DNA of 48,012 nt from Methanosarcinales archaeon (GCA_025464325.1 JAODGH010000032.1:1-48012), one strand, 5' to 3'; positions 1 through 9,667 are shown, counted from the first letter of the stretch. Notes: generated from the letters alone by a model not told the origin. Made by a program: numbers and translations.

Positions 1-130
1 CCTTCTTTTCGAGAAGTCATACGTCCTCGACTTTAGCTGATATTACACGGCTGTAATAAGCTTTTCTTATAGAGACTAACAAATACCAGTAAAAAATTAC
101 GGAATGCCATGCTGGAGCGCATATAACCAC

Positions 131-691
131 TCATTTTTGGGCATCGTCTTCCGTTCGATCAAATATAACCGAAGCTTTATTTAGCAGCTCTCTCCATTCT
201 GGTATTCGTACGATTATAAATATAAAAATACACAGGCTTATTAACCAATTGGCTGGTAAATTCAGGCGATACGTTGTGATAAGCAGTACCAATAGGTAAA
301 TAACGAATAATTGAAAATCCGATCTTTTATATAGTCCTCTAAAATCGCTGATTCTAAATATCAAGCCCCAGACCACACATATAAAGAAAAATACTACAAC
401 AAAAAGAAAAAACAGACTCATCCTGTCTGGACTCACAATAGTGATGAGGTACCAGCATAGTAATATCGATATGTCAAAAATATAACCCAAAAAATATCTC
501 TTAGCACTAAGCTTAACCGATGAAATCTCAATGTGATAAGCCAGCCAATCATAGAAGACGATCAGTAACGCAAAAATCAGCATCAAATTCTTAGTTGTGC
601 AATTCAAAGAGAGTCTTGTTATTGCAGAGGATATTACCACAGCATATAAAATATCCGTGAATTCTATTTTGAGATGGGGTGTCTCTCTCAT
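131..691 (-). CDS. Hypothetical polytopic membrane protein (about 6 TM)
   Basis: 186-aa ORF with alternating hydrophobic stretches; AT-rich relative to neighbours; GGGAG SD-like element upstream. Confidence 0.6.
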   Translation of the reverse strand: MRETPHLKIEFTDILYAVVISSAITRLSLNCTTKNLMLIFALLIVFYDWLAYHIEISSVKLSAKRYFLGYIFDISILLCWYLITIVSPDRMSLFFLFVVVFFFICVVWGLIFRISDFRGLYKRSDFQLFVIYLLVLLITTYRLNLPANWLISLCIFIFIIVRIPEWRELLNKASVIFDRTEDDAQK

Positions 692-1218
692 TTTAACTCC
701 CTTCGCCTTTTTAGTATTATAAACACCATCGCCGCGATACCCCCTCCTCCGCCTTCGGATAGTAAAACTAATGAAATAGGTATCTATTCATTTTCTTAGG
801 TGGAGAACCTGAAATATATCCATTATAAATTCGTAGAGAAGTGGATAGCCAGGTTCTTGCGGTGTTGCAAATAGCCAGCGAGTTATCTGCGCCTGTGTTT
901 TTTCGAGTTGAATGATGCTGAAATAAAAGAGGTGAAGGTAGCAGGTTGTTTATGGTGTTTATGGTGAACCCGCCTCACCGCTATGAGTCACATCGATTAA
1001 AAAACCAATTTCGAGTCCATGATCAATGACAAATCCCTCAACCGTTACTTTCTTCCACCAGTTCCAACCTGCAAGCCGCATCGAAGCATTCCACCGGAAA
1101 CATACGGGTGCGCGGGTACACGCCAGATATGTGTTACATAAGCCCATACCACCTGTGAACTAATGAAGCTACTGGATGTACTGAATACAAAACACATAAA
1201 AACGCCTGAAACATAATT

Positions 1219-2175
1219 ATGATAAGTTTGATGCAATACAGGAAGATCCAGGGTCTGGAGAAGATAAGAGAATGGGGCTTGCCATATCCGCCGTATGCGG
1301 TGATAGACGCGGAACAGGCTACACCAGCCCGTATAGAATCAATCGTTAGGGCTATAGGGATACCGGATATAGAGGGCGATCGGGTTGGCATCGTTATAAG
1401 GACAGATGGGGCAGGACGAGTGGGTGGGCGAAGTGATTTACACCTGATGGATATGAAAGAGATAATAAACTGGGCTTTGCGGTTACGAGAGAGGAACAGA
1501 CCGGGTCTCAAACTGATCATACAGCACGTGGTAGATGCGAAATGTTCGGGCGTATTGCTCAAAGGTTCGGAAGACCTGTCGGTCGAGGTGGTCCATGGCG
1601 ATGCTCCCTCACTACTGGAAGGCAGAACGCGGGATATTGAACGCTGGGCGTATATGGGCTCGTGGAGGAAGGAGAACGAAATAGAAGGGATACTCAACGA
1701 AGGAGATCTTGCGTTATTATTGGAATATTCGCGTCTTGTACCCGATTATAGCTATCTGGAATGGTCGTTATCAAAAATCGGGAAGCTCTACTTCTATGAG
1801 TACATGGAGTGGAGTGGTGATCGAGAGCGGAAAGCAACATCGGGAGAAAGCATAAGAAAAACGATCATACACGGACTGAGTGCAAGTCCGGGTGTGGGTA
1901 CTGGCACCGTAAGAGTGGCATTGGACTCGTGGGCGATAAACCGAGTGCGAGAAGGGGATGTTCTCGTCATCAGGTATGCCGACCGGCATGTCATGCATGT
2001 CATCAATCGGATATCAGCTCTGGTCTGTGATGTCGGCGGACGGACGAGTCATGCTTCGATAATAGCGAGAGAATACGGAGTGCCATGTGTGATAAGCGAA
2101 AGAGCGACAAAAAGGCTGAGAGACGGCATGAAGGTTGTTGTTGATGGTTACAATGGCACCATATCTGTTCTTTAG
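1219..2175 (+). CDS. PEP synthase/PPDK-like protein: compact ATP-grasp domain plus phosphohistidine swivel domain
   Basis: GGRTSHASIIAREYGVPCV swivel motif; N-terminal GLPYP, VIRTD, IQHVVDAKCSGV and EWS..GKLY resemble the PEP synthase nucleotide-binding domain. Confidence 0.8.
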   Translation: MISLMQYRKIQGLEKIREWGLPYPPYAVIDAEQATPARIESIVRAIGIPDIEGDRVGIVIRTDGAGRVGGRSDLHLMDMKEIINWALRLRERNRPGLKLIIQHVVDAKCSGVLLKGSEDLSVEVVHGDAPSLLEGRTRDIERWAYMGSWRKENEIEGILNEGDLALLLEYSRLVPDYSYLEWSLSKIGKLYFYEYMEWSGDRERKATSGESIRKTIIHGLSASPGVGTGTVRVALDSWAINRVREGDVLVIRYADRHVMHVINRISALVCDVGGRTSHASIIAREYGVPCVISERATKRLRDGMKVVVDGYNGTISVL

Positions 2176-2305
2176 CTGTAGCTGGCGGGGCACTCACCTG
2201 CATTATCCCGGTGTGAGCACAGTACGTGAATCAGAATGAATGTATAATGATTTATTTTATATGGAAGTATATGCTTCTTTAGAGAAAGTTTTGTTTTGTA
2301 GAGAA

Positions 2306-3331
2306 ATGCTCAGGGAATATCTGGATAAGATAGTGGAAAGGAACGATCTGAGTGCTGAAGAAGCGAAGAGAGCGATGCACGTGATAATGGCGGGCGAAGC
2401 CGACAGGATACAGACTGCCGCGTTCCTCACCGCAATGCGTATGAAAGAGGAGACGGAAGAGGAGATAGCGGCATTTGCCGTTGCTATGCGGGATATGGCG
2501 TTGAAGATCGACCCGAAAGTTGATAAGAAGGTGGATGTATGTGGTACCGGCGGTGATGCGATAAAGACCTTCAACATATCCACCACTGCCGCGTTCATCA
2601 CTGCCTGTGTGGTGCCTGTCGCGAAACATGGCAACCGGTCGGTGACATCGAAATGTGGTAGTGCGGATGTCATGGAGGAGCTGGGAGTCAATCTGAAGTT
2701 ACCACCGGACAGGATCGAGGAATGCATAGAGAAGGTGGGTATCGGGTTCATGTTCGCACCATTGCATCATCCCGCGATGAAGAACGTTATGGAAGTGCGA
2801 CAGAAGCTGGGATTGCGGACGGTGTTCAATATACTGGGACCGTTGACCAATCCAGCGAATGCGACGCATCAACTGATGGGCGTTTACGATGCGGCATTGA
2901 CAGAGAAGATAGCGAAGGTGCTACGCATACTCGGATTGAAGAGAGCACTGGTCGTACATGGCGAACCGGGCATAGACGAGGTATCCATCGCCGGTAAGAC
3001 GAAGGTATCGCAGCTGGATGATGGAGAGATTGAGACATACTTTATAAGACCGGGGGATTTCGGATTGCGAATCGCAGCGCCGGCAGAGATTGCTGGTGGC
3101 AGCACAAGGGAGGAAGGTGCGAGGATGCTTAGAGACATTCTTGCCGGTAGAGAAGACGGTGCGAAACGGGATGTTGTTCTATTGAACGCAGCCTCAGCGA
3201 TATTTGCGGCAGAGGAAGCGGTAAGCATCTCAGAAGCGTTTGAAATTGCGAAGGATGTACTTGAATCGGGCAAAGCGGAAAAGAAGCTCGATGAGTTCAT
3301 TAATTTTACCACCAATAAGGGAGGTGATTGA
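2306..3331 (+). CDS. trpD: Anthranilate phosphoribosyltransferase
   Basis: DVCGTGGD, FNIST, KHGNRSVTSKCGSAD motifs; start placed at ATG 2306 (MLREYL). Confidence 0.97.
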   Translation: MLREYLDKIVERNDLSAEEAKRAMHVIMAGEADRIQTAAFLTAMRMKEETEEEIAAFAVAMRDMALKIDPKVDKKVDVCGTGGDAIKTFNISTTAAFITACVVPVAKHGNRSVTSKCGSADVMEELGVNLKLPPDRIEECIEKVGIGFMFAPLHHPAMKNVMEVRQKLGLRTVFNILGPLTNPANATHQLMGVYDAALTEKIAKVLRILGLKRALVVHGEPGIDEVSIAGKTKVSQLDDGEIETYFIRPGDFGLRIAAPAEIAGGSTREEGARMLRDILAGREDGAKRDVVLLNAASAIFAAEEAVSISEAFEIAKDVLESGKAEKKLDEFINFTTNKGGD

Positions 3332-3332
3332 A

Positions 3333-3773
3333 TTGGATGATATAGATCGTTTGATACTCAGGGAACTTCAACAGGATTCTCGACGATCGTTTACTAAGAT
3401 AGCGCAGCAGGTAGGGGTGAGTACGGCGACGGTGAGTGAACGTGTGAGACGGTTGATGAGCAAGGGTATCATATGTGGCTATACGACCATCCTCAATACC
3501 ACGGAGATGGGTATGGTCACGCTAATTGCGAAGATAAAGACCAAGCAGGGGTACAGCGTGGAGGAGGTGGGAAGCGTGATAGCGGATATGGCGGAATGTT
3601 GCTGTGTTCATCACGTAACAGGCGAGTTTGACCTGCTTGTGATCTCTAAATGTGCGGGCTATGATAAGTGTGGTGACATAATAGAGGCGATAAAGAGGGT
3701 TGACGGTGTTGAGAGTGTGGAGGCAGAATTGGTTTTGAAGACGTTGAAAGAGGAGCTAAAGGTGCAGATGTGA
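3333..3773 (+). CDS. Lrp/AsnC family transcriptional regulator
   Basis: DDIDRLILRELQQDSRRSFTKIA HTH and VTGEFDLL RAM motif; TTG start after GGAGGTG. Confidence 0.92.
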   Translation: MDDIDRLILRELQQDSRRSFTKIAQQVGVSTATVSERVRRLMSKGIICGYTTILNTTEMGMVTLIAKIKTKQGYSVEEVGSVIADMAECCCVHHVTGEFDLLVISKCAGYDKCGDIIEAIKRVDGVESVEAELVLKTLKEELKVQM

Positions 3774-4132
3774 AAATGGTAAGCGTATTTATTGAGGGTA
3801 CGCCCGCTAATTTGCGGATCGCAAAAGCGATTTGTGCGGATAATCGTGATAGAGACGCCAGCTATCTCTTTTTTGGGTTCCAGATACGACTAAAAGCAAA
3901 AGATAAACTCATTCTGTACCGTGCAAGTATAGAACGTGCAATTGAACGAGCGTTGAGTGAGGACGAGTGGCGGAGCGTTATGTGGAATCATACCGGGCGG
4001 ATAACCGGGATAGAACGTGACAAGATAGTGTTTGAGGATTCGGAAGAGACGAAGATGCTTGACGAGTACTGGGATAGGCGATTGAACGCGATAAAGGATA
4101 CGATGGATTTTTTAAATAGCGAATGTAAATGA
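3770..4132 (+). CDS. Hypothetical protein
   Basis: 120-aa ORF coupled (GTGA overlap) within the trpD-lrp run. Confidence 0.65.
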   Translation: MKMVSVFIEGTPANLRIAKAICADNRDRDASYLFFGFQIRLKAKDKLILYRASIERAIERALSEDEWRSVMWNHTGRITGIERDKIVFEDSEETKMLDEYWDRRLNAIKDTMDFLNSECK

Positions 4133-4138
4133 AGAAGC

Positions 4139-4585
4139 ATGGTAAAGATAGAGCACGTCTATTGGAAAGATAGAATAGGCGGGGAAATCGGGAAGGAGAC
4201 GGTAGAAGCCTTCAGTTACGGCTTCACAGTGGGACCGCATGGTGAATGGGAGATGGTGATAGCGAAGGAGGACAAAGAGGTGAAGAAGAATGATCTCGTA
4301 AACATAAAAATAGAAGAGATCGAAGTACCGCCCAGGTCAATAGTGTTACCATGCCCGTTAATGCGTCATGCATGCGGTATAGTAGCTTCGTTTGCAACAA
4401 TGGGTAAGCCGAAGAAGGTGGAAGGAGCGCGGGTACTTGAAGAGGTGTTGTTTCATCCAATAGTTGATGGTATGGTTCAGAAGGGGCAATTACTCGGTGT
4501 GGCAAACATATTCTATGCTGCGATAGAGCGGAGGCTTGCCCGGGGTGCAGCGGAGAGGTGGCTACGCGAAAGATACAGGTATTAG
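4139..4585 (+). CDS. DUF22-like archaeal protein
   Basis: VxYW N-terminus, IEVPPRSIVLPCPLMRHACG, GQLLGVANI pattern. Confidence 0.7.
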   Translation: MVKIEHVYWKDRIGGEIGKETVEAFSYGFTVGPHGEWEMVIAKEDKEVKKNDLVNIKIEEIEVPPRSIVLPCPLMRHACGIVASFATMGKPKKVEGARVLEEVLFHPIVDGMVQKGQLLGVANIFYAAIERRLARGAAERWLRERYRY

Positions 4586-5157
4586 CCTTTGTTGGCGCTC
4601 CTGCAGCGGGTAAGACCGAAGCGGCAGCGGTGGCACGGGAACTGGGCATTCCTGTGATAGTGATGGGCGACGTGATAAGGTCGGAACTGAAACGTCGCAA
4701 CATCCCGCTAAACGATGCCAATGCGGGTAGAATCGCGACCGAACTGCGGCTGAAGGACGGTATGGATGCGATTGCAAAGCGATGTATCCCGTATATAGAA
4801 GCGACTGGCAGCGACGTGGTTGTTATTGATGGCATACGGGGAATAGCGGAGGTGGAAACGTTTAAAGAACGATTTGGCGATGATTTCACTCTTGTTTGTA
4901 TACACGCATCACGCCCGATAAGGTATAGCAGGCTAAAAGCGCGCGGTAGAAGTGATGACACCCTGAGTCTCGAGGAGTTCAAGAAGCGCGAGGAACGGGA
5001 GATGGGATGGGGTATGGGCGAGGCAATGAGAGAAGCATCGATTGTAATTAAGAACGAGGGAGAACTGGAAGAGTTCAGGGCGCGGGTGAAGGAGCTATTG
5101 CTGGATGCTCTTCGTCGTACGACGGACAGCTTCATCACGAAAATCAATAATGGATAG
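4558..5157 (+). CDS. Archaeal UPF0200 P-loop nucleotide kinase (dephospho-CoA kinase-like)
   Basis: VGAPAAGKT P-loop, MGDVIR, IDGIRG, RGRSDD. Confidence 0.85.
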   Translation: MATRKIQVLAFVGAPAAGKTEAAAVARELGIPVIVMGDVIRSELKRRNIPLNDANAGRIATELRLKDGMDAIAKRCIPYIEATGSDVVVIDGIRGIAEVETFKERFGDDFTLVCIHASRPIRYSRLKARGRSDDTLSLEEFKKREEREMGWGMGEAMREASIVIKNEGELEEFRARVKELLLDALRRTTDSFITKINNG

Positions 5158-5371
5158 AGGTAACACTTGCACATATTAACTAACCACGTCGTGTAAGCTA
5201 TTTCTTATTGAAGTGTATACTAATCGAGGTTTTTTGAGCACCCACAGATACCATTAGTCATACCGGTCATCCCCTTAGCTGTATATCCCTCTCCGCCTTG
5301 CAAATGCTCTGATCTGCCATTTGAATTGCTTTGTCAGAAATTAAGATTAGTTATGGGTTGAAACTGTGAAA

Positions 5372-5413
5372 TACCAAAAGCTTTTTACTATCTACCAAAA
5401 AGCTTTTATATAG
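5372..5413 (+). promoter_or_regulatory. Duplicated TACCAAAA(A)GCTTTT element with AAAAGCTTTT palindromes overlapping a BRE/TATA
   Basis: Palindrome at 5376-5385 and 5398-5407 (22 bp apart); second copy runs into TTTTATATA. Confidence 0.5.
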
Positions 5414-5470
5414 TAACATCTTTCCATTAAGCATGGAGCAATTAAAAGACAAGGAGGTGGAAGTAAGAAG

Positions 5471-5701
5471 ATGATAAGTACGGTAACTACGACGACAGTT
5501 ACGGGAACATTGACGCATACGGCGATTTTTGGTGCTATCGGTATTACAGTGTTAATCTCGTTGCTTGTGGCAAAGGAGTTGCTAAACGCAAGTACGAACA
5601 GCAGAGCTTTGTTTCTCGGCAAGATTTCACTGGTTGCGATCTATCCGCTTCTATTCGCTTTCCTGACCATTATGGTCCTGAAAGTACTGGAAGCGATATA
5701 A
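5471..5701 (+). CDS. Small two-TM membrane protein with Thr-rich N-terminus
   Basis: GGAGGT SD; MISTVTTTTVT followed by two hydrophobic helices. Confidence 0.8.
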   Translation: MISTVTTTTVTGTLTHTAIFGAIGITVLISLLVAKELLNASTNSRALFLGKISLVAIYPLLFAFLTIMVLKVLEAI

Positions 5702-5708
5702 TCGAATC

Positions 5709-6014
5709 GTGAAGAAGATAGTAATCTGGCCGGCTAATCTGGCGTCAGGGCGTACACGGAGTCAGGGGCGGGCAGTGCCGAGGAGGCTTAGCTTGAGGTC
5801 GCCAAAGGTCGAGGAGATAGAAGAGGTAGCATTAAGGCTCAATCTTCAGCCTGAGGTGGAGCGGGGCAAGGCGTACCCAAAAAGGCACTGGGACAAAAGT
5901 GGGAGAGTATTGGTGGCGAAGGTAGATCGTAAGGGTGCCATCTTGCGTGAAATCGCAGAAGGCATAAAGGAGCTGCGGATGCAGCAACAGAAGAGATCTA
6001 AGCATAAAGCTTGA
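5709..6014 (+). CDS. srp19: Signal recognition particle subunit SRP19
   Basis: VIWPANL..RTRSQGRAVP, KAYPK, GRVLV. Confidence 0.95.
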   Translation: MKKIVIWPANLASGRTRSQGRAVPRRLSLRSPKVEEIEEVALRLNLQPEVERGKAYPKRHWDKSGRVLVAKVDRKGAILREIAEGIKELRMQQQKRSKHKA

Positions 6015-6048
6015 TTATTTTTATTTTTTATTTATTTATTTTCATCCG

Positions 6049-6708
6049 ATGATCGACCTGCATACGCATTCTATCTTCAGTGATGGTGAGTTGATACCGG
6101 GCGAGTTGGTAAGACGGGCGATATTTAATGGTTACGAAGCAATTGCAATCACAGATCATGTGGATTTTACGAATCTGGACTACGTGCTTGGTAGTCTAAA
6201 GAAGCTGAAGATGCAGAGCAATGATGATATAGAAGTACTTATCGGCGTCGAAATAACGCATGTGCCGGTGAGTAAAATAGATCGTGCAGTGAATAGAGCA
6301 CGTGAACTTGGTGCTGAATTGGTGGTTGTACACGGTGAGACCCTCGTGGAACCGGTAGCGAGCGGTACTAACAGAGCAGCAGTGGATAATCCCATGGTTG
6401 ACATCCTTGCGCATCCCGGACTGATAACGGAAGAGGAAGTAGAACTCGCGAAGGAGAACGGGGTCTATCTTGAGATTAGTTCGAGACAGGGGCATTGCCT
6501 TGCGAACGGGCACGTGGCACGCATATGTCACGAGCTTGGTGCCAGAATGCTGCTCAATACCGATTTGCATTCGCCGGATGATTTCCTCTGCGATGAACTT
6601 GCCATGAAGATACTCACGGGTGCCGGTCTTGATCCAGATACTGCGGAACGAGTGTTGCGGGTTTATCCTCGTGAGCTGGTAGATAGAGTGCTATCAGATT
6701 ATAGATAA
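6049..6708 (+). CDS. PHP-domain phosphoesterase (histidinol-phosphatase-like)
   Basis: DLHTHS..SDG, ITDH, VHGET, ILAHPG, NTDLH. Confidence 0.9.
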   Translation: MIDLHTHSIFSDGELIPGELVRRAIFNGYEAIAITDHVDFTNLDYVLGSLKKLKMQSNDDIEVLIGVEITHVPVSKIDRAVNRARELGAELVVVHGETLVEPVASGTNRAAVDNPMVDILAHPGLITEEEVELAKENGVYLEISSRQGHCLANGHVARICHELGARMLLNTDLHSPDDFLCDELAMKILTGAGLDPDTAERVLRVYPRELVDRVLSDYR

Positions 6709-7373
6709 TTGGCGGCTTCTATAAACCGCTTTACCTTATCTGCATCTTTACGCCCGGGTTCACGTTCAACACCACTCGATACATCCACTGCGTACGGTCT
6801 GACCTTAGAAATCGCATCTGCAACATTCTCGGGCGTCAAACCACCAGCGAGTATTACCGGTGTGTCCACCGCTTCCACAATCGCTCTGCTTATGTTCCAG
6901 TCGTGTTTCTTTCCGGTCCCACCGATCTGCTTACCTGCGACAGTATCAAGCAGAATAGCGTCCACAATGTCTTCATACGCCTTTGCGTGTTCTATACACG
7001 CGTTTATGTCTCCGCGCACACCTATCTTCTTTATTATTCCAATGTGATCTGCCAGACTACTACGTACTTCCTCAACGAGTTCCACCGGTTCTTCACCATG
7101 TAGCTGTACGTAATTGGCACCGGTAGCTTCTATCATATCTATCTGTTCGCTCACATTCCCGGTATCCAGCACGACAACCAGAACCTTAGCCACGAATGGC
7201 GGTAGTGACCGGAATATGCGGTTGGCTTCATCCGGGCTCACGTAACGCGGTGTATTGGCAACATTTATTACACCGATAGCATCCGCACCCGCACGTGCAG
7301 CCAGAACGGCATCATTTATGTTCGTATTGCCGCATATCTTTACTTTTACGTTTACCGCCCGTCCTGCCAACAT
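6699..7373 (-). CDS. trpF: Phosphoribosylanthranilate isomerase
   Basis: VKICG, VQLHGEE, GGTG, ILAGGLTPENV, VDVSSGVE. Confidence 0.96.
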   Translation of the reverse strand: MLAGRAVNVKVKICGNTNINDAVLAARAGADAIGVINVANTPRYVSPDEANRIFRSLPPFVAKVLVVVLDTGNVSEQIDMIEATGANYVQLHGEEPVELVEEVRSSLADHIGIIKKIGVRGDINACIEHAKAYEDIVDAILLDTVAGKQIGGTGKKHDWNISRAIVEAVDTPVILAGGLTPENVADAISKVRPYAVDVSSGVEREPGRKDADKVKRFIEAANYL

Positions 7374-7397
7374 ACCAGCCCCCCTTTTGACGCATGC

Positions 7398-8639
7398 TCA
7401 TACAAATACGATCCGCTTCTCCGCACATTGATGATGCTTCTCGCTACGCCAATCGTTCACACGCATGTTCAGCATGCGCTGGTCAACGAATGCGAACCCA
7501 CCTCTCACAACCACCGGCAGTTCATCGCAGGAGAACACGGGTATGCCAGCTTCAAAGAACCGTTCAATTGCGAAATGCGACATCTCCTTGCCATATATGA
7601 CGGCGGACACACCCATATCCACCAGCAGTTCCGCGGTGTTACGACCGCCACCACTGCCATTTTCCAGGAATATCACGTCTCCTCGTTTGATACCGTATCT
7701 CCGATCCACCTCCAGAATCGCATCTCTGGTAAATGATTTTATCATTTTTATCTTCATCCCATTCTCTATCTTCGGCTCATTGCCACGCTTAAGTTCTTCT
7801 ATTATCCGTCTTAACCCTTCCATCTCTGCCGCTCTGGCGGTTAATTTGTTCCTCAATCGTTTTATCTCGCTATCCCGTTTCCTTATCGCCTCGGTCGTCT
7901 CTAACTCCCGTCTCATCTCTGATCGGAATGAAGCTATACGTGCACGCAATTTCTCTATCTCTCTCTTCTTCGCCTCGAGCTCTAACTCCAGAGCGGCGTT
8001 ATGCTCGCGAATAGCTTCTATCTCGCGCTCTTTCGCCTTAATTGTCCTGCGTAATAGCTGTATGTACGCTCTCACATCATCGTCAATATTCTCTACTTCG
8101 GCGGGTTTGCAATGCTCTTCCTCTGCCTCTGGTTCTGAACATTCGGACTCTCCGATCAATCTCTTGATTGCTGCACTTATGGATACACCTTTGATCACCA
8201 GTGCCTTCACCTCATCCACATCCACACCCGGTGGTGTCTTCTTACGTATCTGTGCGAATTTCTTCCTGTAATGCTTGAATGCATAGAGACACGCAGCCAG
8301 TGCGTCCCTCTCATGTACGTTTCGATAACTGTAACGCTCGTCCTTCGTCAATGCTATCTTATCCTCGACTGATAGTGATTCATTTAACTCATGAAGGTGT
8401 GAGGAAAAGACTTTGCTGATCCTCTTCACCATGGACGGTGTTGGTGAAACGTCAGAGGCTACAACCAGTGGAGTACCACATGATATTATCCTGCTCACGG
8501 CATCGGAGAAGGAACAATTCTTCGAACTGAATATCTCCACAGGATTACCATCGAGATCAACCATAGCAAGCCCGAGCGTGGTACCGGGATCAATACCAAC
8601 AATGGTGTATCGCTGTCCCTGCCGCTGTCGCGCTACCAT
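7398..8639 (-). CDS. DUF460 family protein (RNase H-like fold plus coiled coil)
   Basis: IVGIDPGTT, VVASDV, HERDALAA, long coiled coil, GSGGG. Confidence 0.88.
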   Translation of the reverse strand: MVARQRQGQRYTIVGIDPGTTLGLAMVDLDGNPVEIFSSKNCSFSDAVSRIISCGTPLVVASDVSPTPSMVKRISKVFSSHLHELNESLSVEDKIALTKDERYSYRNVHERDALAACLYAFKHYRKKFAQIRKKTPPGVDVDEVKALVIKGVSISAAIKRLIGESECSEPEAEEEHCKPAEVENIDDDVRAYIQLLRRTIKAKEREIEAIREHNAALELELEAKKREIEKLRARIASFRSEMRRELETTEAIRKRDSEIKRLRNKLTARAAEMEGLRRIIEELKRGNEPKIENGMKIKMIKSFTRDAILEVDRRYGIKRGDVIFLENGSGGGRNTAELLVDMGVSAVIYGKEMSHFAIERFFEAGIPVFSCDELPVVVRGGFAFVDQRMLNMRVNDWRSEKHHQCAEKRIVFV

Positions 8640-8723
8640 CTGATTATTATGAAGCCTTTTAGGAATATAAAACTAACGGCTCTACAAAGGTTCTCAAAAA
8701 AACTCTTATCAGGCAGCAATATA

Positions 8724-8837
8724 ATTCCATAGGGTCACCAGTGAAGGAGTATTTGTTCGTCGGGATCATCTGCTGATCAGGTATGAACTGCGAAACAAAG
8801 GACCGTGGAGCACAGATAAAGTGTAGTCTCATGGAAT
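8724..8837. ncRNA. Candidate structured RNA (long imperfect hairpin)
   Basis: Nested complementary pairs ATTCCAT/ATGGAAT, TTTGTT-CG/CG-A-AACAAA, GATCA/TGATC in an ORF-free intergenic region. Confidence 0.3.
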
Positions 8838-8893
8838 CCCCTTACCATATATACAAATAAATATATGTCATCATAGTAAAACAGAAATAATAG

Positions 8894-9667
8894 ATGAAGA
8901 AGGAGCAACACAGAGAACTGAGAATAGGTAAATTCGGATTCCTCAACAATTTCCTGCCGTATTATCGGCTTGAGCAGGATGGATTCATAAATATTTACGA
9001 AGGTTCACCGCGAGAGCTGGCTTTGTTGTTCGAACGTGATGAAATAGATTTTGCACCACTCCCTTCTTTCTATTACTTACGTAATAAGACGCAGTTGCGA
9101 AGTTATGAGTTCTGTGTCGCGTCGAAGGATAGCGTTTTGAGCGTACTTCTCGTCTCAGAACACGGTGTACAGGATGAAAATGGGCGAATCGCGGTTACAA
9201 ACCAGACCGTAACGTCCGTGAATCTGCTAAAGATAATATTAAATGAGCGTGGTATGACCAACAGGATTTTAGAGTTGAACGCATGTGAAACCAGCGAACT
9301 GCTCAGGCATGGCAGTTACGCACTCGTTATAGGCGATGAGGCGCTGAGGGCACGCTCAAGATATAAAGTTGTTATGGACCTTGGAGAGGAGTGGCATGAT
9401 ATTACCCGTTGTCCCATGGTATTCGGTATCGCGGTATCCTCGCACAAGGAGGACCTGAGTGAAGTGGACCGGACGATACTGGAATCGCTGGCATGGGGCG
9501 AGCAGAATCTGGAAACCGTGATGAGCGAGGCTAAAAAGCGATTTAGCAGTATGCCCGCGGATCTTATAGAACGGTACCTCAATTCTCTCACGTATCGGCT
9601 GGGCACACGAGAAAGAGAAGGCTTAAAAGTATTTGAAGCAAAATGCCATGAATATGGACTATTATGA
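8894..9667 (+). CDS. mqnA: Chorismate dehydratase (futalosine pathway)
   Basis: IGKFGFLNNFLPYY, SVLSVLL, TSVNL, LVIGDEAL, DLGEEW, PMVFG; adjacent to mqnC. Confidence 0.9.
   Translation: MKKEQHRELRIGKFGFLNNFLPYYRLEQDGFINIYEGSPRELALLFERDEIDFAPLPSFYYLRNKTQLRSYEFCVASKDSVLSVLLVSEHGVQDENGRIAVTNQTVTSVNLLKIILNERGMTNRILELNACETSELLRHGSYALVIGDEALRARSRYKVVMDLGEEWHDITRCPMVFGIAVSSHKEDLSEVDRTILESLAWGEQNLETVMSEAKKRFSSMPADLIERYLNSLTYRLGTREREGLKVFEAKCHEYGLL

Noticed and set aside
959..1147. Transposase remnant (RIEAFHR in one plus frame) or short ORFs
   Set aside because: Only a few residues of resemblance; no terminal repeats or extended frame
4224..5174. 316-aa minus-strand ORF and similar antisense ORFs (e.g. 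7465-8271, 34345-35001, 44497-45126)
   Set aside because: Shadow frames of well-supported genes, Ser-rich, with no motifs
8703..8821. SAM-I riboswitch suggested by CTTATC...GATAA near mat/mqn genes
   Set aside because: Core elements (AGA-GG-GAGGGA, GCAACC, GGTGC) are absent
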